From contig OZ252299.1 in NCBI GenBank assembly GCA_965250285.1, positions 2,944,001 to 3,008,000 on the forward strand: a stretch of 64,000 nt of DNA, written 5' to 3'. Position 1 is the stretch's first letter, and each line of letters starts with the position of its first letter. The stretch is from Myxococcota bacterium (GTDB taxonomy: Bacteria; Myxococcota_A; UBA9160; UBA4427). A program made the position numbers and the translations under genes. The notes below the pieces were generated by a model that did not search any database, was not told the origin of the DNA, and saw only the letters and a program-made list of their open reading frames with translations. Shown one piece after another: positions 1-8,269 of this stretch.

Positions 1-1346
1 ATCGGCCGCAGCGCGCCATCCGGGGCGAGCGCCCCCGCCTCGTCGATCATCCACTCGTGGAGATTCGGCATGGCCATACAGAACGCCGTCAAGCCGACCA
101 GCACAATCACCTCGTTCGGCGCGAAGCCCGCCCCGAGACCGCGCAGGCCGAGCATGCCCTCGTAGATCACCACGGCATCCCCCACGTGTTCGGCCCGAAA
201 GAGCACCCAACCGAAGACGACCGCCAGAAACGTGAGCAGGCGTCCCACCGCCCGCCCGGCGAGCGAAGGCGCGCGCGCCCCCCGCAGCGCGCGCCAGCCG
301 TGGTTCACGAGCAGATACACGCCGTGCAGGGCACCCCACGCGAGAAACGTGAACCCCGCCCCGTGCCACAGGCCGCCGAGGACCATGGTGATCAGCAGAT
401 TCGCGTAGCGACGCGCGACGCCGTGGCGATTGCCGCCGAGCGGGATGTAGACCTGCTCCTTCAAGAACCGCGAGAGCGTCATGTGCCAGCAGCGCCAGAA
501 CTCGATCATGCTCGTCGCGCGATACGGCGAGGCGAAGTTGAGCGGCAGACGCACGCCGAAGAGCAGGCCGAGCCCCACCGCCATGTCGCTGTAGCCCGAG
601 AAGTCGAAGTACAGCTGGAACGTGTAGGCGAGCGCAGCCGTCCACGACTCGGCGGCCGCGGGGAGCGCGCCGAGGGCGACCTGCTCGAAGACCGGCGTCG
701 ACCACGTCGCCACGCCATCGGCGATCGCGACCTTCTTGAACAAGCCGAGAAAGAAGATCGTGAGTCCGACGTCGAGATGCCGCCGCGACGGCCGGCCTGC
801 GCGCAGCTGCTCGAACTGCGGAAGCATCTCGCGGTGGTGAACGATCGGGCCCGCGATCAGCTGCGGAAAGAAGGTGACGAAGAGCGTGTACTGCAGCGGG
901 TCGCGCTCGGCCGTGCCCGAACGCCAGGCGTCGACGAGATAGGCGATCTGCTGGAACGTGAAGAAAGAGATCGCGAGTGGCAGCACGATCGTGTCGAGCT
1001 GCACCTGCCAGCCGGCGACCCGCACCAGCGTGTCCGTGAAGAAGTTCGCGTACTTGAACCACCCGAGCGCCGCGAGGTTCGCGGCGACGCCGAGCGCCAG
1101 CCCCGCGCGCCCGCCCTGCCCCGCCGCACGGCGCCGCGCCAGCCATCCGCCGACGACGAAGTTGAAGGCCACCGAAGCCCCGAGCAGGCCGAGGTAGCGC
1201 GGGTTCCACCAGCCGTAGAAGACGAGCGAGGCCGCGACCAGCCAGACGCGAGCGGGCCGCTCGCCGACGAATCGCCCCAGCAGGACGAACCCGAGCCACG
1301 TGAGCGGCAAGAACCCCAGGATGAACACGTACGAGTTGAAGAGCAT
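1..1346 (-). CDS. MBOAT family O-acyltransferase (AlgI/PatA-like), 3' end runs off the window
   Basis: Absent from the ORF track because there is no stop in the window. Manual reverse translation from ATG 1346 gives MLFNSYVFILGFLP..., LPLAISFFTFQQIAYLVD, FFPQLIAGPI, YFDFSGYSDMA, FWRCWHMTLSRFL, GLWHGA, all AlgI-type motifs. Confidence 0.93.
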   Translation of the reverse strand, partial: MLFNSYVFILGFLPLTWLGFVLLGRFVGERPARVWLVAASLVFYGWWNPRYLGLLGASVAFNFVVGGWLARRRAAGQGGRAGLALGVAANLAALGWFKYANFFTDTLVRVAGWQVQLDTIVLPLAISFFTFQQIAYLVDAWRSGTAERDPLQYTLFVTFFPQLIAGPIVHHREMLPQFEQLRAGRPSRRHLDVGLTIFFLGLFKKVAIADGVATWSTPVFEQVALGALPAAAESWTAALAYTFQLYFDFSGYSDMAVGLGLLFGVRLPLNFASPYRATSMIEFWRCWHMTLSRFLKEQVYIPLGGNRHGVARRYANLLITMVLGGLWHGAGFTFLAWGALHGVYLLVNHGWRALRGARAPSLAGRAVGRLLTFLAVVFGWVLFRAEHVGDAVVIYEGMLGLRGLGAGFAPNEVIVLVGLTAFCMAMPNLHEWMIDEAGALAPDGALRP

Positions 1347-1402
1347 CGACGGCCTGGGTTCGAGTCACCGCATCGACGCGACGGACATGCGCGCGCCGAC
1401 GT

Positions 1403-2173
1403 TCAGAGGAACGGCAGCCAGCCGCGCTGTTCGAGCTCGGCTCGGCAGCCAGCATACTGCGCCTCGTAGCGGCGGGCGCGGGCCTCGACGCGGCGGGCCG
1501 TGGCCTCGAGCCACGCCTTGCCCTCGTGGTCGCCGCGCACGAAGCCCGTCGGCCCTTCGTGATAGGCGAGGTACAGGTCGCCCACGGCGTCGGGCGCGAT
1601 CCCGGCCACGCGCCGACTGCGCGCGCCGTACCAGCCGACGAAATCGAGCACGTCGTCGATGCGATCGCGGCGGGCGCCTGGCCGGGCGCCGGCGGCCAGG
1701 TAGTCCTGCCACGTCGAGTCGAGCACCTGACCGAAGCCGTAGGCCGACGACACGCGAAAGCCGGGCAGTACGCCGAGCCAGACCCGACGCGGCGGCCGCG
1801 CATCGGCGCGAAAGCTCGACTCCTGAAACACGATCGCGAGCTGCGCCGCTTCGGAGACACCCCAGCGATCGGCCGAGGCACGCGCCGCGGCGTGCCAGCG
1901 CGGCTTCTCGCGAAACACGGCGCACAGGTCTTCGGGATCACGCGGCGGTGCGTCCGACGCGACGACGAGCCACGCCACCGCGACGACGAAGCAGATGCAG
2001 AGGGCCACTGCGCCCGCCCGCTCGACGCGCTCACGCAGGCGCTTCAGCAGCGGTCCGCGCCGCCCACGACGGACGCGAGCGCGCGCCGGCCCGGCCCGCT
2101 TGCGCGCCGCGGCCTTGCGTCGGCCCGCCGCCCGCGCGGCCGACGGCCTACGTCGGCCCCGCTTCGAAGCCAC
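1403..2173 (-). CDS. Membrane-anchored lytic-transglycosylase-like (SLT-type) protein
   Basis: TM segment, then AIVFQESSFRADARPP, SSAYGFGQ...TW..Y and LYLAYHEG. Start uncertain; GTG 2173 chosen inside ORF 1403..2290. Confidence 0.75.
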   Translation of the reverse strand: MASKRGRRRPSAARAAGRRKAAARKRAGPARARVRRGRRGPLLKRLRERVERAGAVALCICFVVAVAWLVVASDAPPRDPEDLCAVFREKPRWHAAARASADRWGVSEAAQLAIVFQESSFRADARPPRRVWLGVLPGFRVSSAYGFGQVLDSTWQDYLAAGARPGARRDRIDDVLDFVGWYGARSRRVAGIAPDAVGDLYLAYHEGPTGFVRGDHEGKAWLEATARRVEARARRYEAQYAGCRAELEQRGWLPFL

Positions 2174-3053
2174 CGATGCGCTCCCCCATGCGCACGGGAT
2201 GTCCCGGGTCTCGTGGTTCGAGCGCGACGCTCCCCGGAGCCGCCAACACGATGATCGTCGAGCCGAACTCGAAGCGCCCCAGCTCGTCACCCGCTGCGAG
2301 ACGGGCCTCGCCGTGCTCGTAGACGCACGACGCGCGGGCCCCCCGGCGCACGTTGGTCTCGAGTGAAGAGAACGTCAGCTTGGTCTTGCCCACCATCGTC
2401 GCGCCAACGGCGACGAGGCCAATCGAGCCCTCGGGCCCGCGCGGCAAGCCCGAAGTCGTGAGCGGCGACAGATGCGTGCACAACCGTTCGTTCTCGGCGA
2501 ACAGGCCAGGTACGCCCTCGAGACCGATGCGATTGACCGGCCAGAGACGCCCCGGCACGTAGTCGACGCGCTCGACCTCGGCCGTGCACGGGGCGTGAAA
2601 GCGGTGGTAGTCGCGCGGCGAGAGGTAGAGCGTCGCGAACCATCCGCCCTCGAAGGCCTTCGCCCGTTCGGCTGAAGCGATCAGATCGGCGAGCGCATAC
2701 GGGCTGCCCTTCACCTGGAGCAGGCGCCCGCCTTCGATCCGGCCGGTGGCACCCCAAGCGCCGTCGCACGGCGAGACGAATGCGTCGGAGCCGGGATCGA
2801 GGGGTCGCGCACCATCGCGCAGCGCGCGCACGAAGAACGACTGAACCGACTCGAAGCGTTCGATCGGATCGCGCGCCTCGCTGACGTCGGCCCCCACGGC
2901 CCGCGCAAAGCCAGCGACGATCGGGCGGGCGAGACCGAAGGGCCAACGAATCGAGACCACGCGGCCGGCGAGCCGGCTGATTGCGTTCTTCGGCACGACG
3001 CGCAGCAGCTGCAGCAGGAGCCACGCGGCGCCCGACAGGCTGCCCTTCGACAT
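2148..3053 (-). CDS. psd: Phosphatidylserine decarboxylase proenzyme
   Basis: FFVRALR, SPCDG, QVKG, YLSPRDYHRFHAP, LFAENER, VGATMVG and self-cleavage motif FEFGST. Confidence 0.93.
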   Translation of the reverse strand: MSKGSLSGAAWLLLQLLRVVPKNAISRLAGRVVSIRWPFGLARPIVAGFARAVGADVSEARDPIERFESVQSFFVRALRDGARPLDPGSDAFVSPCDGAWGATGRIEGGRLLQVKGSPYALADLIASAERAKAFEGGWFATLYLSPRDYHRFHAPCTAEVERVDYVPGRLWPVNRIGLEGVPGLFAENERLCTHLSPLTTSGLPRGPEGSIGLVAVGATMVGKTKLTFSSLETNVRRGARASCVYEHGEARLAAGDELGRFEFGSTIIVLAAPGSVALEPRDPGHPVRMGERIGGFEAGPT

Positions 3054-3329
3054 CTCGGTCCTCTCTACTCCGACGCGTCGGGCCTGCTCGGCCCGGCGCG
3101 CCGAAGACGTTGGGCGTTGCTTTCAGCGACGCGTCGGCCGTTCGGCCGGCGACGCCTGCATCCGCGCGGCGGGCCGTCCGGCCCGGCGCGTCGGCTTCGT
3201 GGGCCTGCGATTCGAGTCGCTCGCTTCACAAGTGTCCGCCGCACAGCGCAGGGTTGCCACCACCGCGTGCGGTCGCGTCAGAGGCGCAGCCCTCGCCACG
3301 ATGCGCTGCGTAGGGCATCGTCGGGCGGG

Positions 3330-5165
3330 ATGAGCCTCGCCGGACCCGACACGCTGCTGGGCCAGACCCTCCTCGGTCGATATCGCGTCGAAGCGACGCT
3401 CGGCCACGGCGGCATGGGGACGGTCTATCGCGCCTTCGACGAGAGGCTCGGACGACCGGTCGTGGTGAAGGTGCCGCGGGTCGAGGTGCTGGTCGACGAA
3501 CGGTTGCGCGAGCGCTTCCTCACCGAGGTGCGCGACCTCTCGGCGCACGAACACCCCCACATCCTCGGGATCCTCGACTTCGGCGAGCATGAAGGCGTGC
3601 CGTTTGCGGTGTTGCAGCACCTCGGCGGTGGCGACCTCTCGGTCCGCCTCGACGAAGGCGTTCAGAGCCCGGCGGAGGTGCTCGCCTGGTTGACTCCCCT
3701 CGCGTCGGCCCTCGACTACGTCCATGAGAAAGGCTGCCTGCACCGCGATGTGAAGCCGGGCAACATTCTCTTCGACGAGATGGGCCACCCGTTCCTGGCC
3801 GACTTCGGCATCGCGACCGTGCTCGATCACGTCGTGCGAGACGAGACGGCGCCGCGCCGCGGTCTGACGGCGACGGGCGGCATCGTCGGGTCGGGCGCGT
3901 ACTCTCCGCCCGAAGCCGTCGATCGTCAGTTCTCGCCGGCGTTCGATCAGTACAGCCTGGCCACCGTCGTCTATCTCGCCCTGGCCGGCGATCTGCCCTT
4001 CGAGGGCGACACCGCCGAAGCGCTCCTGATCGCGAAGTACTCGGGCACGCCGCGTTCCCTCGAAACCCTCGAGCGCGCGCCGGCCATCGACCCGCGCCTC
4101 GCCGCGGTCGTCGCGCGCGGCCTCGCCCGCGAACCGGACGACCGCTTCGAGAGCTGTCGCGCGTTCGCCTCGGCCTTCGCCACGGCGGCCCACGATGCCG
4201 GCACGCTCACAGGCGAAGAGGTCACACACCCGGGCTCGGCCATCGCCGCGCGCACGAGATCGCCCTCGCCCGGTGCGCGTCCGCGCATCGGTCTGCTGGT
4301 GGCGGCCGGGCTCGCGCTGGCCGCGGCGGCGGCCGGCGGCCTCTACTACGCCGACCGGCCGGCCAGCGAGCCATCGCGCGACGGCCCCGTGCGCGCGGTG
4401 GTCGGGAGCCGACCGCACGAGATCGCCGAAGCGATGCAGCTCTGCATCAACCACGGCGGCGCCTGCACGCCGAACGACTTTGCGGGTGAGGAGCTGCGAA
4501 CGGTCTGGCTCGCGGACGGCACGCTCGACCCGACCGAGGTGCGGCAGATCGATTTCGCGAAGTGGGTCGACGCGCGTGGGCGCCCCACCTACGCGGAGCG
4601 CGAGGGCGCGAGCTACGACGGTCCACTGCGGGTGCCCGGCCTTCACTTCAGGGCGCCGCTTCGCACGAGCGGAGCGACCGCGATGGCCGTGCCGGACGAC
4701 CACCCGGTCGTGCACGTCTCGCTCGACGAAGCGAAGGCCTACTGCGAGAGCCGCGGCGCGAGGTTGCCCACGGCCGACGAGTGGGAGTTCCATGCCCGCG
4801 GCGAGGCGCGGCGGATCTTTCCGTGGGGCGACGCCTGGGACGAGGCGCGCCTCGATTCGGCGCTCGACGGCTCGACCGGGCCCGGTGCGGTCGGACGCCA
4901 TCCGCGCGGCGCCACGCCCGAGGGCCTGCTCGACCTGGCGGGCAACGTCTGGGAGTGGACGTCGACGCGCACCGACGAAGGGCACGTGATCAAGGGCGGC
5001 TCGTGGGACGACGACGTGCCGACGTATTTTCGCGGTGCCGCGATCGGCGTCGTCGACGCCGACTACACGAGCAGCGATCTCGGCTTTCGCTGCTTCACGC
5101 CCGCGCCGGCCTCCGCGCCCGACCCCGCGCCCGCCGCCGACCCGGCGAGCGACGCCGGCAGCTAG
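3330..5165 (+). CDS. Hanks-type Ser/Thr kinase with TM helix and C-terminal FGE-sulfatase-like domain
   Basis: LGHGGMGTVY, HRDVKPGN, DFG, YSPPE; TM (IGLLVAAGLALAAAAAGGLYY); HPVVHVS, RLPTADEWE, DLAGNVWEW, GFRC. ATG 3330 chosen within ORF 3117..5165. Confidence 0.92.
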   Translation: MSLAGPDTLLGQTLLGRYRVEATLGHGGMGTVYRAFDERLGRPVVVKVPRVEVLVDERLRERFLTEVRDLSAHEHPHILGILDFGEHEGVPFAVLQHLGGGDLSVRLDEGVQSPAEVLAWLTPLASALDYVHEKGCLHRDVKPGNILFDEMGHPFLADFGIATVLDHVVRDETAPRRGLTATGGIVGSGAYSPPEAVDRQFSPAFDQYSLATVVYLALAGDLPFEGDTAEALLIAKYSGTPRSLETLERAPAIDPRLAAVVARGLAREPDDRFESCRAFASAFATAAHDAGTLTGEEVTHPGSAIAARTRSPSPGARPRIGLLVAAGLALAAAAAGGLYYADRPASEPSRDGPVRAVVGSRPHEIAEAMQLCINHGGACTPNDFAGEELRTVWLADGTLDPTEVRQIDFAKWVDARGRPTYAEREGASYDGPLRVPGLHFRAPLRTSGATAMAVPDDHPVVHVSLDEAKAYCESRGARLPTADEWEFHARGEARRIFPWGDAWDEARLDSALDGSTGPGAVGRHPRGATPEGLLDLAGNVWEWTSTRTDEGHVIKGGSWDDDVPTYFRGAAIGVVDADYTSSDLGFRCFTPAPASAPDPAPAADPASDAGS

Positions 5166-5171
5166 CCGCCG

Positions 5172-6206
5172 CTACGACGCGCGAATCAGCTCGAACTCGA
5201 CGCGGCGGTTCATCTGCCGACCTTCGGGTGTGTCGTTCGACTCGACCGGTCGTCGCTCTCCATAGTGCGCGACCTCGATGCGCTCCGAAGCGATCCCCCC
5301 GACCTCGATCAGGTACCGCGCGACCGACTCGGCCCGCGCAATCGAGAGCGAGTCGTTGTAGGCGTGCTCGCCCACGGCGTCGGTGTGTCCGGCGATCCGA
5401 AAGCGGGCATCGGCCAATCGACGATCCGCGAGCGCCTGGGCGACCTGGTCGAGGTTGCGACGGGCGATGGCGTCGAGCTCGGCCGAGCCAGTCTCGAAGT
5501 GCACGTGCAGATCGAGCCGCGGACGCTGAATGGCACGCGCGCGCGTATCGAAGTACGCGACGACCTCTTCGGCGAGCATCTCGGGCCCTTCGTCGCGCGC
5601 GAGCACGCGCTGCTCGACGAGCGTCGTGCTCCATGCGTCGCCTTCGCGCGCGGCCAGCGCCTCGCGGATGCGCGCCACGAGCACGGCGACGTCCGACGCT
5701 TCGACGATCGCGAACGGCCGCGCCTCATCGAACTCGAGACCGAGCGCGGCCCCGTCGAGCGGCTCGGCCGTCGCGACGACGAGCAACGCTTCGCGGCCGA
5801 TGGGGGGTTCAGCGGCCAGGCTGAAGCCCGTATCCTCGGCGGGCCACGTCACGGCTTGCCCCGCGCGCGCTTCGGGCGGTGCACCGAGCCCGTTCGGCGA
5901 GAGCAAGGTCCCGACCCCTTGCGCGTCGACGTGCAGCAGCAGCAGCGCGGCATCGCGCTCGCTCTCGACGCGGTACGCGACCGGTGCCCCCAGCGGCAGC
6001 TCGGCCGTCGGCGCAGCGAGCTCGGCTGCGACCGCGAAGCCGTCGCCTTCGGCAGCGAGCGACGCGACCGCCGCCCTCGCCTCGGCTCCGATCTCGGCGG
6101 CCCAGACGGGTGATGCGACCGCGCACGAGAGCGCGGCCACCACCCATGCGAGCCACCCGATGCCGAACGACGCAGGGAGGCGCGAACCGTGCTGCGATCG
6201 ACTCAT
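5172..6206 (-). CDS. Exported DUF4384-like + OmpA C-terminal peptidoglycan-binding domain protein
   Basis: Signal peptide ending VWA; LLHVDAQG..TLL.PN and EPPIGRE (DUF4384-like); VHFETGS, IAGHTD, YNDSLSIARA, NRRVE (OmpA_C). GGAG precedes ATG 6206. Confidence 0.85.
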   Translation of the reverse strand: MSRSQHGSRLPASFGIGWLAWVVAALSCAVASPVWAAEIGAEARAAVASLAAEGDGFAVAAELAAPTAELPLGAPVAYRVESERDAALLLLHVDAQGVGTLLSPNGLGAPPEARAGQAVTWPAEDTGFSLAAEPPIGREALLVVATAEPLDGAALGLEFDEARPFAIVEASDVAVLVARIREALAAREGDAWSTTLVEQRVLARDEGPEMLAEEVVAYFDTRARAIQRPRLDLHVHFETGSAELDAIARRNLDQVAQALADRRLADARFRIAGHTDAVGEHAYNDSLSIARAESVARYLIEVGGIASERIEVAHYGERRPVESNDTPEGRQMNRRVEFELIRAS

Positions 6207-6481
6207 CGAAGACACTCCTTGCTCGAATCCCGACCCGCGTACGGGCCCGTTGTCACCGCAGCGTTCCACACGACCCGCTGCGCGCGCCCGGATGATCCAT
6301 GCCGGGTTTCGTTCAACTCGAAGCCGTTTCCCCTCAACTCGTTGAATCACGTGGGGAAACCCCTCTCCATGCCCGACGCCGTCTCTCCGAAATCGAGGCC
6401 GGGTGACGCGAGTCACTGATCGAACCGAGCGGAAACCGGATAAACCCGGTGCAGCCCGCCCCGGACCAAGGAGGACCGATC

Positions 6482-6634
6482 GTGAGCGACATGGCCAGCA
6501 TTCTCGGCTTGATCCTTGTCGCGTTCACCTGGCTCGCACTCCGTGGGATGGGGAACGAAGACAAGCCGCGCCGCGCGCGCCGACGAGGGGGCTCGAACGG
6601 AGCCGCCCGGCCCAGCCACCACCCAGCACGCTAG
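6482..6634 (+). CDS. Small single-TM protein (~50 aa)
   Basis: AAGGAGG 7 nt before GTG 6482; hydrophobic ILGLILVAFTWLAL followed by a basic tail. Confidence 0.5.
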   Translation: MSDMASILGLILVAFTWLALRGMGNEDKPRRARRRGGSNGAARPSHHPAR

Positions 6635-6743
6635 TCCCGAACGCCGCGATCCGAGTGCAGACGACCCCACCGGCCTCGGCCGGCACGGTTCTCTGCGCCC
6701 GGGCGTCGAGGCGCGCCGGCTTCGTGAGACGCTCCGCCGCGGG

Positions 6744-7901
6744 TCAGGGCTCGACGATCGAGAGCTTGATCTGCGAAGGTCGCACACCGACCACGCGCAC
6801 GTCGTCGGGATGCACGACCTGGTCGGTGCCGATCTGGAATGTGCGCCGACCGAGCTGCACGAGCCACGCGTCGACCTCGACCGCCACCGATTCGGCGCTC
6901 GCGAGCACGAGGTCGCGACGCTTGCCCTCGAGCTGCACTTCGATCACGGGCGGATCGACGCCCTCGACGAGGTAGCCCTCGGGCAGGTTCTCGACCCGAA
7001 TCGAGACCTCGCGCGTGACCATCCCGATGTCGGCGCCGGGGATCGCGACCGACCAGAGCACGAAGGCGGCGGCCGCAGCGGCGAGCCCCTCGCGCCAGCG
7101 GCGGCCGATGCGCCGGGTGCGTCCCCAGAAGCCGCGCTCGGCACTCGAGCGGCGGCCATCGGCGAGGAAGCCGCGCAGCGCGCGCATCAATGCATCGGGC
7201 TCGTCGACGACGCGCAGCTCGCCCTCGAACGCGATCGAGACCTGGCCGCGCTCTTCCGAGACGACGAGACACAGCGCATCGCTTCGCTCCGATAGCCCGA
7301 GCCCGGCGGCGTGGCGAGTGCCGCCCCCCGCGAGCGTCGACCAGTCGGTCGAGAGCGGGAGATGACACGCGAAGCGCGTCACGCGATCGCCGTGCACGAC
7401 GACCGCGCCGTCGTGCCCATCGCTGCCAGGGTCGAAGAGGCTCTCGAGCAGCTCTTCGGAGAGCTGCCCGTCGAGCGAGACGCCGCCTTCCATGTGGCGC
7501 GCGAGCGGCTCCTTGCCCGGCAGCACGATGAGCGCCCCGACCTTGTCTCGCGCGAGCGCAAAGCAGGTGCGCACGAGAACGTCTTGAGCGCGCCGCGTCG
7601 GCCGCGGCGTGCCCCGCCGAAGTCCCCAGACCGCGATGCGTTCGAAGAGCCGTCGCAGGTCGTCCTGGAAGACGACCACGAGCACGATCGCGCCGACCGC
7701 GAAGAAGCCCTGCAGCAGCCAGGTCGTGAGCCGGAGGTCGAAGCCGCGGGCCGAGAGATAAAGCGCACCGAGGGCGGCGAGACCGACGAGCGCGAGCCGC
7801 GCACGCGAGTGTCTCAGCCAGGTGATGCCCACCCACAGCAGCCCGGCGACGATGGTCATGTCGACCACGTCGCTGAGCCTCAGCTCGGCGAGAAACGGCA
7901 C
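6744..7901 (-). CDS. cdaA: Diadenylate cyclase (CdaA/DacA type) fused to a TM + YbbR/CdaR-like domain
   Basis: Three N-terminal TMs, VVFQDDLRR, GALIV, HDGAVV, GTRHAAG, VSEERG; then a TM and a YbbR-like segment VSIRVENLPEGY...IEVQLEG. Confidence 0.85.
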   Translation of the reverse strand: MPFLAELRLSDVVDMTIVAGLLWVGITWLRHSRARLALVGLAALGALYLSARGFDLRLTTWLLQGFFAVGAIVLVVVFQDDLRRLFERIAVWGLRRGTPRPTRRAQDVLVRTCFALARDKVGALIVLPGKEPLARHMEGGVSLDGQLSEELLESLFDPGSDGHDGAVVVHGDRVTRFACHLPLSTDWSTLAGGGTRHAAGLGLSERSDALCLVVSEERGQVSIAFEGELRVVDEPDALMRALRGFLADGRRSSAERGFWGRTRRIGRRWREGLAAAAAAFVLWSVAIPGADIGMVTREVSIRVENLPEGYLVEGVDPPVIEVQLEGKRRDLVLASAESVAVEVDAWLVQLGRRTFQIGTDQVVHPDDVRVVGVRPSQIKLSIVEP

Positions 7902-8269
7902 GCTCCCCCACCCCCCTGTCCGACCGGGTGCAGCCGCGAAGCGGCTGGGGGGGGTGCCGACGCCGGTGCGGAACGCGACGGAGCGTACCGCGCCGAACCG
8001 GCTCGGGCATCGGGGCTTCGCCCATCAGGCCGGGTCGGCCCCCACCACGAGCGATCGGGACCGCAAATCGTGCGGAACCTCCGCCGGCCCGCGGGTCCTC
8101 AAGATACGTTCGGCGCCCCCCACGCCGCGATGCGACGAGACCCGAAGCGGCGATCCGGGGGCGAGCAACGGTAGAATCGATGATCCGGCAGCCGGATCGC
8201 CGCGCAGCGAATGGGCCGCTTCGACCGCGCGCCCTGCGTCCGGATGCACCCTTGGAGGGGGAGAGCCCG

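Noticed and set aside
57..1469. 470-aa plus-strand ORF
   Set aside because: Antisense shadow of the MBOAT gene; Arg/His-rich with no recognisable motifs.
3330..6206. Type VI secretion accessory cluster (PpkA/TagR/TagL-like)
   Set aside because: The domain types overlap, but there are no T6SS core genes in the window.
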